64,000 bases of DNA, from NCBI RefSeq assembly GCF_009914755.1, contig NC_060928.1; one strand, written 5' to 3'. A model generated the notes under the pieces. The model did no database searches, was not told where the DNA came from, and worked only from the letters and a program-made list of their open reading frames with translations. Position 1 is the first letter of the stretch. Each line of letters starts with the position of its first letter. The translations under genes were made by a program, and so were the position numbers. The DNA comes from the human T2T-CHM13v2.0 reference genome, Homo sapiens. Below, in pieces: positions 1 through 21,412 of the stretch.

Positions 1-2035
<2,035 letters not shown>

Positions 2036-2036
2036 T

Positions 2037-2110
2037 GAAAGAAAGAAAGAACGAAAGAAAGGAAGGAAGGAAGGAAGGAAGGAAGGAAGGAAGGAAGGAA
2101 GGAAGGAAGG
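2037..2110. repeat. (GAAA)n(GGAA)n purine microsatellite at the SVA 5' end
   Basis: Directly visible; sits where the SVA CT-rich/hexamer head is expected. Confidence 0.95.
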
Positions 2111-2113
2111 AAA

Positions 2114-2740
2114 AATTGACTCTTTAACAGACATTGTGAGGAAAATAAACAGGCAAGCCACAGAATGGAGAACGTATTCACATTACATATATTTGACAAA
2201 AGATCTGAATTTGAAATAGATAGCTTTTATAATTTATAATTTTATAATTTATTTTATAATTATTTATACTTTTATAATTAAATTTATAATTTTATAATTT
2301 TATAATTATATTAATATTTAATTACATATAATTGTTATATTATTATTTTATTATTACATTGTATAATTTTATAATTAAATTTATAATTTTATAAATTATA
2401 TAATTATAAATAAGTTACTTTTATAATTTATAAAATAACTTTCATAATTTAATAATATGAACAAACCAATACAAATAGATACTTTACCAAAGAAGATACA
2501 AATAGCCTATGAGCACATGAAAAGTTGTTTAATATTATTAGTCATCAGGAAAATACAAATTATAACCACAGTGAGGTATCACTACATAGCCAGTAAAGTG
2601 GCTAAAATTTTTAAATCTAACAATGTTAATTATTGAAAAGATACAAGTAATTAAAATTATCATACATTGCTGGAAGAAATGAAAAATGGTATAATCACTG
2701 TGATAAAGAGTTTGTCAAATTTTTATATAGTCTATAAAAG
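2114..2740 (+). mobile_element. Old L1M fragment (ORF2 3' region) containing an AT-rich low-complexity tract at ~2225-2455
   Basis: Degenerate matches such as AAACAGGCAAGCCACAGAATGGAG and GCACATGAAAAGTTGTTTAATATTATTAGTCATCAGG; TTTATAAT-like iterations inside. Confidence 0.7.
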
Positions 2741-2759
2741 GTACAAATTGTATTAATAA

Positions 2760-3190
<431 letters not shown>

Positions 3191-5005
3191 TTAAAGAAAA
3201 ATGTGTAGTCTCATTCTTGCACTTCAGGAAATCAAACTGTGACGAGGCTTTACAAATTACAATACTAATAAAAAAATTTTTTTAAGTTGTAATAATGCTA
3301 ACGGACCAGGTCAATATGTTATGATGAGAAGACATGGATGACATTACTAACCAATGAATACTTCAGAAGTGCATCATTTTAGGAGAGACAACTGGTTGCA
3401 AAATTTAACCACAAAAAATTGTCATTATTTTGATTTTTAATCTACTTGGGAGAAACAATTAAGTTCTAGTCTCCATCCCATAACCAATTGATTGCTAACC
3501 CAGATCCTATGACCTTGGTTTGAAAAAAGTCATTTCTGTTTGTTTGTTTTTGTTTCTGTTTTTTTGGTGTTTAGCAAGAAAGATTACCACTTCTAGAAAT
3601 ATTAATTAAGCATAGTATTAGTAAAACTTTAGAAAGATACAAAATCAAGTATAGTAAAAACGTTATACAACAACAAAAGAAATATTGAGACTATTAATCA
3701 AACTCATGTTATTATTTTAGAATAAATTTAAAGGTATGCAGAATAATAAGTTTTATAGTCCTTGTATTTGTGTATATTTTCTCTGCTATTTAAGATGTTT
3801 AGTCATACTAAATGTGGAATTACTATTTATCTTTTTAAAGTAAATTTAGTTAACCAAATTTAGCACTGATGTAAATATGTGAGTTTAGTAAGTAAACTAA
3901 TATACGAATTTAATAAGCTAAAAATTAAACAAAGTACAAATACTTTTGATTGTTCCTCTCCATATATCAAAAAACCCTTACACAAAAAGAGACATATATA
4001 ATCAACTACAAATATGTAGAGCTAGCCAATACATTCAGCTCAAAGCTAAACACCTAGCTCCTAGCACAAGTTAGTAAGAATTTGATACACATTTGTTAAA
4101 TGAATATTACAAATGTTAAATGAATGTTACGAGATAAACTGTGGCAAAGGAAATGAATTACAGAGTTCTGGGTATATAAGCCATGACAGTTCCTACAAGT
4201 CTGTATTTTTTTTCTTTTTTCTTTTGTAGTAATCTTTACCCTAGCACTGGATATATATGTATTTTCTAATAGCAACACAGAAGCGTGATGGATAGCAAAG
4301 AGAAGCTAACCTAGAATGTTCTCTTTTAAAAAAGAATAAAGCACAATTTGACTAACTTATATCTGGCAAATTACAAGTCAAATGTAACAAAAAATCTAGA
4401 GACAGTAGTTTTCTTTGGAAAGAAAAGAATCCTAATGCCAAATCTAGTACTTGGTAAACTAGATTAGAATATACGTTTACCACTACATAAAAAAAGCCAG
4501 TCACCATGACTGTGTTAAAATATATATTGCAATGAAAAAGTGAGGTGGCTACATTTTTTCATATACTTCTAAATTTGTTTCTTATTTTAGAAACCAGGAA
4601 CAAACATAGATCACAATTATTTAAAAGTTCGATTCTTTTTTCCTATATAATGACCTCTAGAGCAGTGTTCTGTTAGTTATTAACTCAATCACTTTGAAAA
4701 GACGTTGAAAAGAAAATATGTTTCAAATATGTACAAGCATATTGTACATATTGTATACCCAACTTAGCTTTCAGAGATACAGTTTTGTATCTCAAAGAAT
4801 ATAAAATCTCACAGGGAGAAGACACAGTATTTCCATATTTTGTACAATCAACAAACATAAAAATCTTGAAAAATGCTATGTATCAATTAAAATTTAAGAG
4901 ACTAAATTAAGGTTTTATTTTTCCTAATACTCAGCTCGCCAAGGAAACTTGTTTCTCTTAGGTTCAGACCTTTGACACATCAGGAATTGTTAATTCTTAT
5001 TAGTA

Positions 5006-5290
5006 TCACCGAACTTTGCCTTTTTTGGAGCTGATGAGTTTTGCTGAAAGGGATCCATAAAATCAATTCAATACCTGTAAGAATGGTGACCATTCCATTT
5101 TGGTGAGCTTATTTAGGTCAATGAAAAACTCTCAAGTTTTGTCCTTTGCTTCGGCTCCAGACTTACTCAACATCACCAAAGTTGTTGAAATTACAATTTC
5201 CAGTATCTTTTTGTTTCCTGGCCACTTCTCTTCAGACTTGCTTAAATACACTTCTTTTGCCTCAACAGGTAGCTTTCAGGAAGTTATATA
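5006..5290 (-). pseudogene. Candidate decayed coding fragment (possible 5'-truncated processed pseudogene; parent not identified)
   Basis: 90-codon frame 5275->5006 reads KLPVEAKEVYLSKSEEKWPGNKKILEIVISTTLVMLSKSGAEAKDKT*EFFIDLNKLTKMEWSPFLQVLN*FYGSLSAKLISSKKGKVR*. Both internal stops are TGA. It is followed by ~1.5 kb of AT-rich sequence in which I recognise no repeat. Confidence 0.4.
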
Positions 5291-5484
5291 TTCAGTAAAA
5301 CAAATATTTTATTAGATTAGAAGAGGCTTAAGTGAAATATTGTCAAATGCTAAGAAGGCCCCTTTCATCATTAAGATCTAGTTTGTCCATATCTCATAAT
5401 ATCTATCATCCACTTTTCCTCCTTTCCCCATTCTCAGGCCCTTGTTACCTGTACTATTTTTTCTGGATAATTTAACTAGCCTCC

Positions 5485-5925
5485 TGTGGCAGAGGCTTGT
5501 AACTACCTACTATTTTCCAGTTCTTCCTTAATAATAGAACCCCAAATTTATCTTGAATGGCAAGGTACCCAGCTAGTAAAATCATTCCCTAGCCTCTCTT
5601 GTAGCTAGGCATACACATGTGATGAAGTTTTTGCCAATGAACTTAACTCTCATGAACTCCAGTGAAGATGGAAACAAAAACGTTACAGAAGACTTTCTGA
5701 AAGACTTCTTGAAATCTACTGGGAATTGAGCCCATTTTGCCCTCCTCCATCCTCCTTCCTGCTGCATATAGAGTGGTAGTAATGGTCAGTGTGCCAATAG
5801 CCATCTTGGAAGCCAGCACTAGTGTGACGAAAGAATTCTAGACACCAGATGGCCATGAATCTATCATACTGGCTAGTCCCACTGCTGACTTCTCTGATTT
5901 CTTTTACTTGAAATAAAAGTAAACT
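5485..5925 (+). mobile_element. MaLR LTR (MLT1J-like)
   Basis: TGTGGCAGA start; CTTCCTTAATAATAGAACCCC and CATTCCCTAGCCTCTCTTGTAGCTAGG motifs. Confidence 0.65.
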
Positions 5926-6849
5926 ATGGAGTTATAGTGGCAAATGGATGTCAGGCTCAAACAGGGTCACTGAGGACAGTTTTATGAAGGGACTCTGCAG
6001 GGGTATGAGCAGGGTTAAGGCAAATTAACAAGGGACAGTGAAGCATCCTGCTTTAGTTACAGCAAAGAAGCCTGTTTGCCCCTGGGCCAAAAGAGAGAGA
6101 GAGAGAGCAGACCCCAGGTTCCTGATAGGAGTTTCTTATGGCCTTCAAGGTAACACTCCTGGCAGGGAAGGACTCAGGATAATAATCACTCTGGCCTGGT
6201 TCTCTACCTGCTCTCATTTCTCCTGCTGTGTTTCCTATGGTCAAAATCAATAATAAATTACAGGGTAAAATTAGCCTCTTTAAATAGCCCATAAAAGTTA
6301 GCCATTAGAAGCACCAGGCACGGTAGAGAAGGATAGAAAGCGAATCTAGAGAAACAAATAGAAAATGTTCAGCACAATTGCTTAATTGCCTTCCTGCTTT
6401 CAAGCTCTCCGTCCCCCTCCACATACCCCCCAAATATCCACCCACATTTTACTATTATCTTCTTGAAGTAGAAACCAACATTATCATTTTCCTTCTTTGC
6501 TAAAAATTCTTCGGGGTATACTACTTATCTAACAAATCAAGTCCAAACCCTTTAACTGAGTACATAAGGCTATCACCATCTTGTTACAGTATGCTTTTCC
6601 AAACTGATTTCTCTGCAGTTTCCTATATGTATCATATGCTGCAACCAAGTCATAAGAATCACCATTCCAAACAGCCTGGGCTTTCCCATTTCCTTTGCCT
6701 GTGTTCTTCTTAGCTCAAGGGGCAGGACACTGCTTTCTTACTTTCTTGCCTTGAAAAACCTCACCTATATTTTAAGGCATAGCTCAAAGTGTCATGTACT
6801 CTAAGAACACTTCCTGACACCCTGAGATAGGTTTTCCCCTTCCTTCTTT

Positions 6850-7760
6850 TGAATGTTAGCACTTTGTTTCTACCCCTCAAATTGATGGCCAAATACAGAT
6901 TCCCTCCTGTACTTCCCACAACATGCTCCTTCTCAATAAATGGCCCCTTCATCCTGTCAGTCTCCCAAGCTACCACTTTGAAGTCATCCTTGGCTTTTTT
7001 TTCTTCCCACTTCCCATATCCAGCAAATCCAGGTTCCTATATCTTCAACATATATCCTGAATTCAACTCCATTACTACCTATCCTAGCCAACCACCTTCC
7101 AGTTCTTGCGGTGTTATTGCAATAGTTGCTTTCTCATCAGCCCTTACCTACTACTACTCTCTTATCGACATGACAGCAAGAGCCATTCTTTTAAAATCTA
7201 AGTGAGAGCATGTCACACCTCTGCTCAACATCCTCCACTGGTTTCTCATCTCATCAGGAATAAAAGCTAGAGGCCTTCCGATACCCTACCAGGCCCTGCC
7301 TAATATAATATGATCCTCCATGTCCCCACTGTTTCACATACCACCTCTCTTACTTCATAATTCCTGTCTCACTTACTCCATTCCAGTGATGTTTGTCCCA
7401 TTGCTGTTGCTACACTCATCACACCTATGTCCTTCTCAAGTCCTTTGCACTTTCTCTGACCTAAGCATTTCTTCCCCAACACCCACATAGCTTATTCTTT
7501 GAATTCTTGAAGTTCTCTGTTCAATTACCACCTTTCCAGTGAGACCATCCCTAATTACAGAAGCCCATGTCCTCATCTCCATTTCCTATTCTCTTTACCC
7601 TACTTTCCGTAGCATGTATCAACATCCTACTTACTTTGCATGTAGTGGTAGTTTATATATGATCTCTTCCCTCATTATAATGTAAGCTCCATAAACCATA
7701 AGAATGTTATTCATTGACTCAACATTAATGCCTGGTACACAATAGGCACAAAGTACATGA
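6850..7760 (+). mobile_element. L2 (LINE-2) 3' portion
   Basis: Typical L2 pyrimidine-rich 3' motifs ending GCCTGGTACACAATAGGCAC. Confidence 0.65.
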
Positions 7761-7820
7761 AAAAACTAATCACATAAGTTTTTATTCTTTTTGTAAAATT
7801 ATGTAATCCCTATTACTTTA

Positions 7821-8121
7821 TAATAGAAATATAATGTGAGCTACATATATAATCTAAACTGTTCTAATTCTGACATTTTAAAAAAGTAAAAAGAAACAAG
7901 AAATTGATTTCCTATTTGATTTAACTCAATATGTCCAAATCATTATCAACATATAATCAATATAAAAGTGTTTGTGATATATTTTACATTCTATTTTTCA
8001 CACTAGGTCTTCAAACTTTGGGGTGGTTTTACACATAGAACAGATCTCAATTCGGATTAGTCACACTCCTAGTGCTTAATAGTCACATGTATCAAATGGC
8101 TACTGTATTGGTCAGCGCACA
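7821..8121. mobile_element. MER33 (hAT-Charlie non-autonomous)
   Basis: AATAGAAATATAATGTGAGCTACATAT ... ATCTCAATTCGGATTAGTCACA ... GGCTACTGTATTGGTCAGCGCA. Confidence 0.75.
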
Positions 8122-9557
8122 GAATAGCTATAATGGTGAAAAATTGCAAGAGAGGAAGAAAAAGTTCTAATATTCCAGCAAGTTCTGGGGCATGTGGCAA
8201 GTGAGGGAATGAAGAGTTTTCAATAAGAAAAAACCAGAAGGAAGATGGAAACTATGAGAAATGTCCAGGATCAGTTAAGGAAAGCAGATAGATTTTTTTT
8301 TTTTTTAGAACATCTGAAGTTGTAAGAGGATGTGTTTACATGGAGATAGAAGTTCCAGGGACAGAATGGGAAGAGTAGTTCACAAAGACAAGCATGGGTA
8401 ATGAATTCAGAAGGAGGTGCAGCAGAGAGCCCTGCTGTTCAGGAAATGGTGGAAGGTAAGAGAGATGAGAAGACTGGCGGGCTACCTGATCCAAGGTTCC
8501 ATATGGAACTCTGGAAGAGTGTTCCTTTGTGTTTGTTTGTTTTGTTTCTTTTCCTTTCTAGTATCAGTAGAGGCCAATTGCTGGGATAGCCATGGTCCAG
8601 TGAGCAATCACAGGCCTTTGTTCAAAATTTCAAGTTAATTTGTGGTTTTCTGAAAGTGGAATAACAGTTTAAGAGAAGTGCTTCATTAGAACTACAACTC
8701 AATGGAAGGGCTAGTACTTGTTTATCTATAATATTAATCATTTAATATTTTATAGATGGTTTCTTTACTCATAATTTAACCAAGAGTGTCATCATCTATG
8801 GCAGAGGAGAGGCAGGGTAATTTTCTTAGCAATTATTTCAGAAGTCTTGGCAAAAAATAAAGGTTGACACAAAGAAATAAAAAAAATCTGAATTTGAGGG
8901 GAAAAGAAAATTTAGTTCATTTCTCTCCTACTCACTATGCTACTTGTGACTTTTACAGTGATGGTATGGTAGAAGTGAACAGAAATGGAAAGTAGAAACA
9001 TTGCCATTTAACTTGTATAGTTTTGCCATTTGGCCCACAAAAACAAAACAAAACAAAAAAAAACTGATACTTTTTCTCATTGGATAGTTTTGTGAGTTCT
9101 TAGGAGACCCTCTGTTTGTGTCATCTCACATTTCCAGAAAGTCTTCTTGAGCGGTTCCTTGCAAGACAGCCAAAGTGGTCCACACTTGGCCCATGTGATA
9201 CACGCATACATCCTTGCCCTACCAAATTGTCTCATTATAGCCTTGCCTTTTTTCCTCAGCCATCATATGTCCTCTTATCCAGCCTCCCCTTTCATTTCAA
9301 AGTCAGAACTCAGAACACTAACACTGACAATTCGTGAAATTATTATTTGAAATTCCAAGTGAAGTGCTCTGTTTCTGTATAGTATTTACAACAATTTACT
9401 AAAGATGTTATTTTTTTCTCTCACTTCATTCTCGTAAGAGGTTAGGCTGAAAAAGAAACGGACAATTTTATTATTTTATTGTATAGAAAAAAATGGAAAT
9501 TGTTGCAATTGCTGCTGTTGTGAATAAAGCTAGCTCATATTCTTAACAGCCCACCTT

Positions 9558-9561
<4 letters not shown>

Positions 9562-9588
<27 letters not shown>

Positions 9589-9865
9589 GATACAGAGTCT
9601 TGCTCTATCGCCCAGGCTGGAGTGCAGTGGCATGATCTCAGCTCACTGCAGCCCCCACCTCCCAGGTTCAAGCAGTCTCCTGCCTCAGCCTCCCAAGTAG
9701 CTGGGATTACAGGCACCCACCATCACACCTGGCTAATTTTTGTATTTTTAGTAGAAATGGGGTTTCACCATGTTGGCCAGGCTGCTTTTGAACTCCTGAC
9801 CCCAAGTGGCCCACCTTGGCCTCCCAAAGTACTAGAATTATAGGTGTGAGGCACCATGCCTGGCC
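9562..9865 (-). mobile_element. AluS, full length, long poly(A)
   Basis: Poly-T followed by an antisense Alu dimer. Confidence 0.92.
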
Positions 9866-10096
9866 ACCAATCCTAGATTTTTGAGGCAGTCTTTTAATCT
9901 GGGTGCATGTTGGTCTCTCTGTCATCTATATTACACTGCTTTTCACAGCAGCTACTAGTAGTGGAAATATATAATTGTGTCTGGGAGTCATAGCAAATGA
10001 GATGAGCAGGAACAAGTTGGACCTAGTCCTGAGGGATCTAGCCATGCTAAGGAGTGTGGATTTTATTGTGAAGGCTTATGCCTTAGGGGATAAAAA

Positions 10097-10278
10097 GGAG
10101 AAAAGAAGGGGAGGGAAGGGGAAGGGAGGGGAAGGAAAGGGAGGGGGAGGAGAGGGAGGGGAAGAAAAGGGAGGGGAAGGAAAGGGAGGAGAAGGAAAAG
10201 GAGAGGAAGACAGGGAAAGGGAGCGGAGGAGAGGGGAGAGGAGAGAAAGGCAGGAGAGAGGAGGGGAAGGTTGGGGAG
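10097..10278. repeat. GA-rich polypurine low-complexity tract
   Basis: ~180 nt almost entirely G/A (GGGAGGGGAAGGAAA-like units). Confidence 0.9.
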
Positions 10279-10624
10279 GTCCTCTGGTTTGCCTGATTGC
10301 TCATTTAATAACTATTTAATTTCTCTTCCTCTTTTTGCTGCCAAACTTCTCAAATGAGTCCTCTTTACTGACACTTATGTAATAGGATGTTATGATAGGG
10401 CTTCTACTATTTTATCAGTTTCTGAGTGAGGCTCTAAACTTGAGAACAAAATGTTTTATTATCCACAAATTATAAAAAGACTTATCATACTCTCCATAAC
10501 TAAAGAGTGACTCAAAAGAGGCAGCCTAAAAATTAATCAGGTGATTTGTCCCCAGCCTACCTTGATGAGGGGAGACTTAAAGATTCATAAAGACAAAAAA
10601 GGACTTTTTTACAGGAAAAATCAT

Positions 10625-11375
10625 AAAGGCTGAATATGCAAACAAATAATGGCCAGATTGTATATGTCAAAAGAACTCTAACTCACGTCTGCAACAATCA
10701 GCCAGAAAAGCCAAACCACAACCTCTGTAGCAATTGGTCAGAACAGTCAAGACTTGATCAATGACTGCCAGCTTCTCTATTTGTTGTTGTTGTTGTTGAG
10801 ACAGGGTCTCACTCTGTTGCCCAGGCTGTGAGGGTAGTGGCATGATCTTGGCTCACTGCAGCCTCAATCTCCCAGGCTCAAGTGATCCTCCTACCCCAGA
10901 CTCCTGAGTATATGGAGGTTAATTTTTAGCCCCTTCGAGCCTGGTTAATTAATTAATTTATTTATTTATTTTTTAGTAGAGATGGGGTTCTGCCATGTTG
11001 CCCAGGCTGGTCCAGAACTCCTGCACTGAAGTGATCTGCCCACCTCGGCCTCCCACAGTGTTGGGATTACAGGTGTGAGCCATGGCGCCCAGCCACTTCT
11101 CTACTTCTTGCCCTATTTCAACTCAGGACCAGCCAGAGAAAGCCAAATATACTCCTCAAACCAATCACATAAAATGCTGCACTTCTAGTTTGCCTTCCTC
11201 TGGTTTCCTTGGGCCAACAGTTTCAATCAGCATACTTGAAAGGTTTCCCACTCTCCTGCCTGTCTGCCTTGAGTCTCTGCCAAATGTAAATGATGGTGGC
11301 TGACACATCTGCTATAGCAAAACTCTAAGTAAATAACCTCACTTCTCATTTGGGTGCCCTTCATTTATTTCCACA
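10625..11375 (+). mobile_element. ERV1-class solo LTR (MER90/MER110-like), interrupted by an Alu
   Basis: AAGCCAAACCACAACCTCTGTAGCAAT and CAATGACTGCCAGCTTC motifs; resumes after the Alu and ends ...TTTATTTCCACA. Confidence 0.55.
10780..11094 (-). mobile_element. AluJ
   Basis: Antisense Alu with J-type sequence and a (TTG)n tail; TSD CTTCTCTA on both sides. Confidence 0.88.
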
Positions 11376-12039
11376 GTTGATAGAGTGTTAGGACGTTTCT
11401 CCTCTCCTCTGCTTGGGGAACAGAACAGGGTGCTCCCCCATAAGCTACAGCCAAAGGCCATGGAGGCTGACACCTCACTCAATTCCAACAAATGTCTAAA
11501 GGGGAAGCTCACTTTGGCTTCTGTGTGGAGGATAAATTATTAAGAAGACATGACTTCTCAGCAGCATATGATGTAACTATTTTAAGGCTTATTCTACTAG
11601 ATGGCCATCTTAGAGGCTATTGCCATCATCAGAGCAAAAAGAGCTAGATGAGCAGTATTAATGGCAGTATATTTTAGAGATAGAGCCTGTAGAATCTACT
11701 GATTAACCGGAGGGAGTTGTATGGCAAAAAGAAATTAAGGAGGCTCTCAAGTTGGGAGCCTCAGCAGCTGGATGGATAAGGTCATAACTGAAATTGGGAA
11801 AACCTGTGGGGAAGTGAATTTGGAGAGCAGAGAGAAAAATCAAGAGTCCTATTTTGTCCAGTCCAGTTTGAGGTACCTATTAGACTTCAAAGGGATACAC
11901 CAAGAAGGTAGTCGGGTAAACATGATGAGACATCAGCTGTGTTACTCAGCACTCTGGGTTTCATTCCCATTCCTGCTGCTTAGAAGGTGGGTTTCTTTGG
12001 TTGACTTTGTTAACTCCCTGAGCTCCTATTCCCTTATCT

Positions 12040-16911
<4,872 letters not shown>

Positions 16912-17046
16912 TATTCCCTTGTCTTTTAAAATTGGCATAATGATAATGAAGAAAGCAATATTTAGAGTCTTAAATTTCCCAACTCTAATCCAAAACTATT
17001 TCACTCCACTGCTATCTTCTTATTCCCCAGGTATCCATTTGCTGCC

Positions 17047-17706
<660 letters not shown>

Positions 17707-18115
17707 ATTTGAGAATATGTCTATTATCCTCTCTTATCCCTCATTGTCCAGATACTCTAGAGATTTATTTAATCTACATCTCATGCACTCATGCTGTTTC
17801 TTCTTATTAGCTCATGATGCCATCATTTGAAGACTTGTTCTGTCAATTTGACATACACTGATGGCAAGGCCTCATAGGGTCAATGTTGCGCACCCAGCTT
17901 ACCACTTTTTAGCTTATATCTAGGCTCAGATATTTTTTCCTTAAAAATACTGCTGTGTCAGAATAGCTGGATCCATGGAACTTTACAGCATCAACTACAC
18001 TCTGTGGCCATGTTATGTACTGGGCCACCTCATGGTGATTTGGATATTTGCCACTCAGGGTGATTCCCTCTGCTAATCCTGTAATTGGGCCTCCTAATTG
18101 TTGCACTCTGTACAA

Positions 18116-18664
18116 CAGGGGTCCCCAACCCCCAGGCAACGGTACTGGCCCCATCCCCTTGTACGGTTCTGTAGCCTAATTAGAACCAGGCCACACAGCA
18201 GGAGGTGAGTGGTGGGTGAGTAACTTCATCTGTATTTGCAACCACTCCTCATTGCTCACATTAGGGCCTGAACTCCACCACCTGTAAGATCAGTGGTGGC
18301 ATTAGCCTCTCATAGGAGCACAGACCCTATTATGAACTGTGCATACAAAGGATCCAGGTTGCATGTTCTTTATGATAATCTAATGCCTGATGATCTGTCA
18401 CTATCTCCCACCACCCCTAGATGGGACCATCTAGTTGCAAGAAAACAAGCTCAGGGATCCCACCGATTCCACAAGATGGTGAGTTGTATAATTATTTCAT
18501 TATATATTACAATGTAGTAATAATAGAAATAAAGTGTACTATAAATATAATGCACTTGAATAACCAAGTGCACTTGAATAACTCAAAACCATCTCTCTGT
18601 CCTAGTCCATGGAAAAACTGTCTTCCGTGAAACCAGTCCTTGGTACCAAAAAGGCTGGGGACTG
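18116..18664. mobile_element. MER1A (hAT-Charlie)
   Basis: CAGGGGTCCCCAACCCCC start; ...GAAACCAGTCCTTGGTACCAAAAAGGCTGGGGACTG end; ~550 bp. Confidence 0.85.
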
Positions 18665-20546
18665 TAAAAAGCTTGGGGACTCTTGCTGTACAATATTGTC
18701 TTTCTGAGCTCTCCATGAAGCATCCCAAATGCCAATTTCCCAAACTATATTCACCCTAACTTATATATTTTATCACAGAGTATCTTACGTATTTTATCAC
18801 CGAGTAAAAATCTACCTAAAAGTAAAATGTAATATCTACCATTAAATACAGGGAGACCAGCTTAATTTCTAAGCACAGAATCCTATTTCAACTCTGACTT
18901 AACTATCACTTTATTTCAATGTATTAATACCTATCTTCTGTTTCTTTATTATTGGTTTGGCTTCTCATTGGAATTCAAGTTCCTTAAAGGCATATTCACT
19001 ATTACTTATCTTTAGATCCTTAGCCTTACTTAGTAAATAAATGATAAAATAGGACAAAGAGAAGGGAGATTTTTTTTTCATAGCCAGGTAGTTTTGGCTG
19101 TCTGCTATAACTATCATTAGATAGAACATTTTACTTTATAAAAGCAAAATGGATCACTGTTAATAATCAGAGAAAACCTCAGAAGCTGATTGGCGATGAT
19201 CTTTTATACATTTTGAGAATCATCAGTAAGCATTTTTGTACCTACAAAGCAAAATGTGCTGTACCAAGTGCTGATGTTATAAGCTCCCTAGAATGTCATG
19301 GTCTCCTGCCATTCACCATCTCAAAATAATCATCATACTTCAATATTCCATTTCTATTGCTTTTACCCCTTCATTTAGAAGTTGTAAAAATTATATTTAT
19401 AATATAATAGAAAACATTATAATATAAAAATTATACATTCAAATATGTAAAATTAGATATCCTTCTGGTAACAAAAGTGTTACATGCCCATTGTAAAATA
19501 TTTAAACAACGTAGAATGTTTACATAAAAAGTGTTACTTTTTCATAAACCCACCCCCAAGAGATAATTACAGATTTTCCTATGATGTACATTCTTCTGAG
19601 TTTTTAAAATACACATTCAAATACCTAGATGATGTATTTTAAAAAAATGTGATCAGGTAGTATATAGTTTGGCAACTTTTATCATTTCGGTAGTTATCTT
19701 TCTTTGTCAGCAGGTATAGATATAACTTATTATTTTAATAATTGTGTAATTTCCATAGATAGGTATGTTTTTTAATTGGCTCACAATTGATGAACAATTG
19801 AGTGGTTTCTAATTTTTGCTATGAAAACAGAGTTGCAATGACTACTTACGTAGATAAATCTTTCTGCATTTGTGCAACTTTTTCTCAGGAAAAATTCTTA
19901 GAAATAGAATTTTTGACTTGAAAATCATCAATATTTTAATTTTGAATGTAATTTTATTTTAAATAGATATTTCCAAACTGCTTTCCATAAAGTTATGCTA
20001 ACTTGCATTGTAGAATGTAATGTTTACACTAGAATGGAATGTTTTCATCACTAGGCTCATCGTTTTAATATTTTCTAAGAAAAATATCTCACTGCTTGAA
20101 TTTATATTTTTTCATTAGTAGTCAGATGTAGCATCTTTTCACATATTTGTTAGTTATTTGCATTTTTCTGTGGATTATGTTTTATGACTCTTGCCATTTT
20201 TATTTCCTGTAGTTATTTTATATTGTAATATTTCTTATAATTTACAGCAATTAACCCATAAATCACGTGTATTATGAATATTAATTCCTAGTTCATTGTT
20301 TCTATATCCACCTTCTTTAGAGTATAGTTTTATGTACTCTATTTTAATTTCGGAGATAGCTGAATTTATCTTTTTTTATAGTTTCTGGTTTTTATATCAA
20401 GGCTATGTAGAATTTTATCAATTTACGAATTATTTATCCATATTTACCCCTACTTTTTACTCTTTTATTGTTCCTTAGTTATGATTTTATATTCAAGATA
20501 AAAATAATCATTCTTACACACTTATTTCCTGTTACATCATTATACA

Positions 20547-21038
<492 letters not shown>

Positions 21039-21097
21039 TAAGTAACATAGTTACGTATTCTATAATTTGTGATTATAACTTTCAGAATAGAGAAAAA

Positions 21098-21412
21098 CAG
21101 TTGTCCCTCAAGATCCACAGAGGATTCCTTCCAGAAACAGCGTAGATGCCAAAATCTAATTATGCTCAAGTCCCTGGTATAAAATGACATAGTATTTGCA
21201 AGTAATCTGAACATATCCATCTGTATACATTAAATCATCTCTAGATTACTTATAATACCTAGTACAATGTAAATATTCTGTAAATAGTTGTTATTCTAAA
21301 TTGGTTTTGAAAATATTTTTAAATTTTTTGTTGTATTTTTTTCCAATAGTTTTTATTCATGGTTAGTTGAATTCGTGGACATGGAACACGCAGATACAAA
21401 GGGCTGACTGTA
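21098..21412. mobile_element. MER2 (TcMar-Tigger)
   Basis: CAGTTGTCCCTC...GATGCCAAAATC...GCTCAAGTCCCT...GGGCTGACTGTA termini. Confidence 0.8.

Noticed and set aside
9975-10319. 114-aa G/E/K/R-rich ORF
   Set aside because: Translation of a stop-free GA-rich low-complexity tract.
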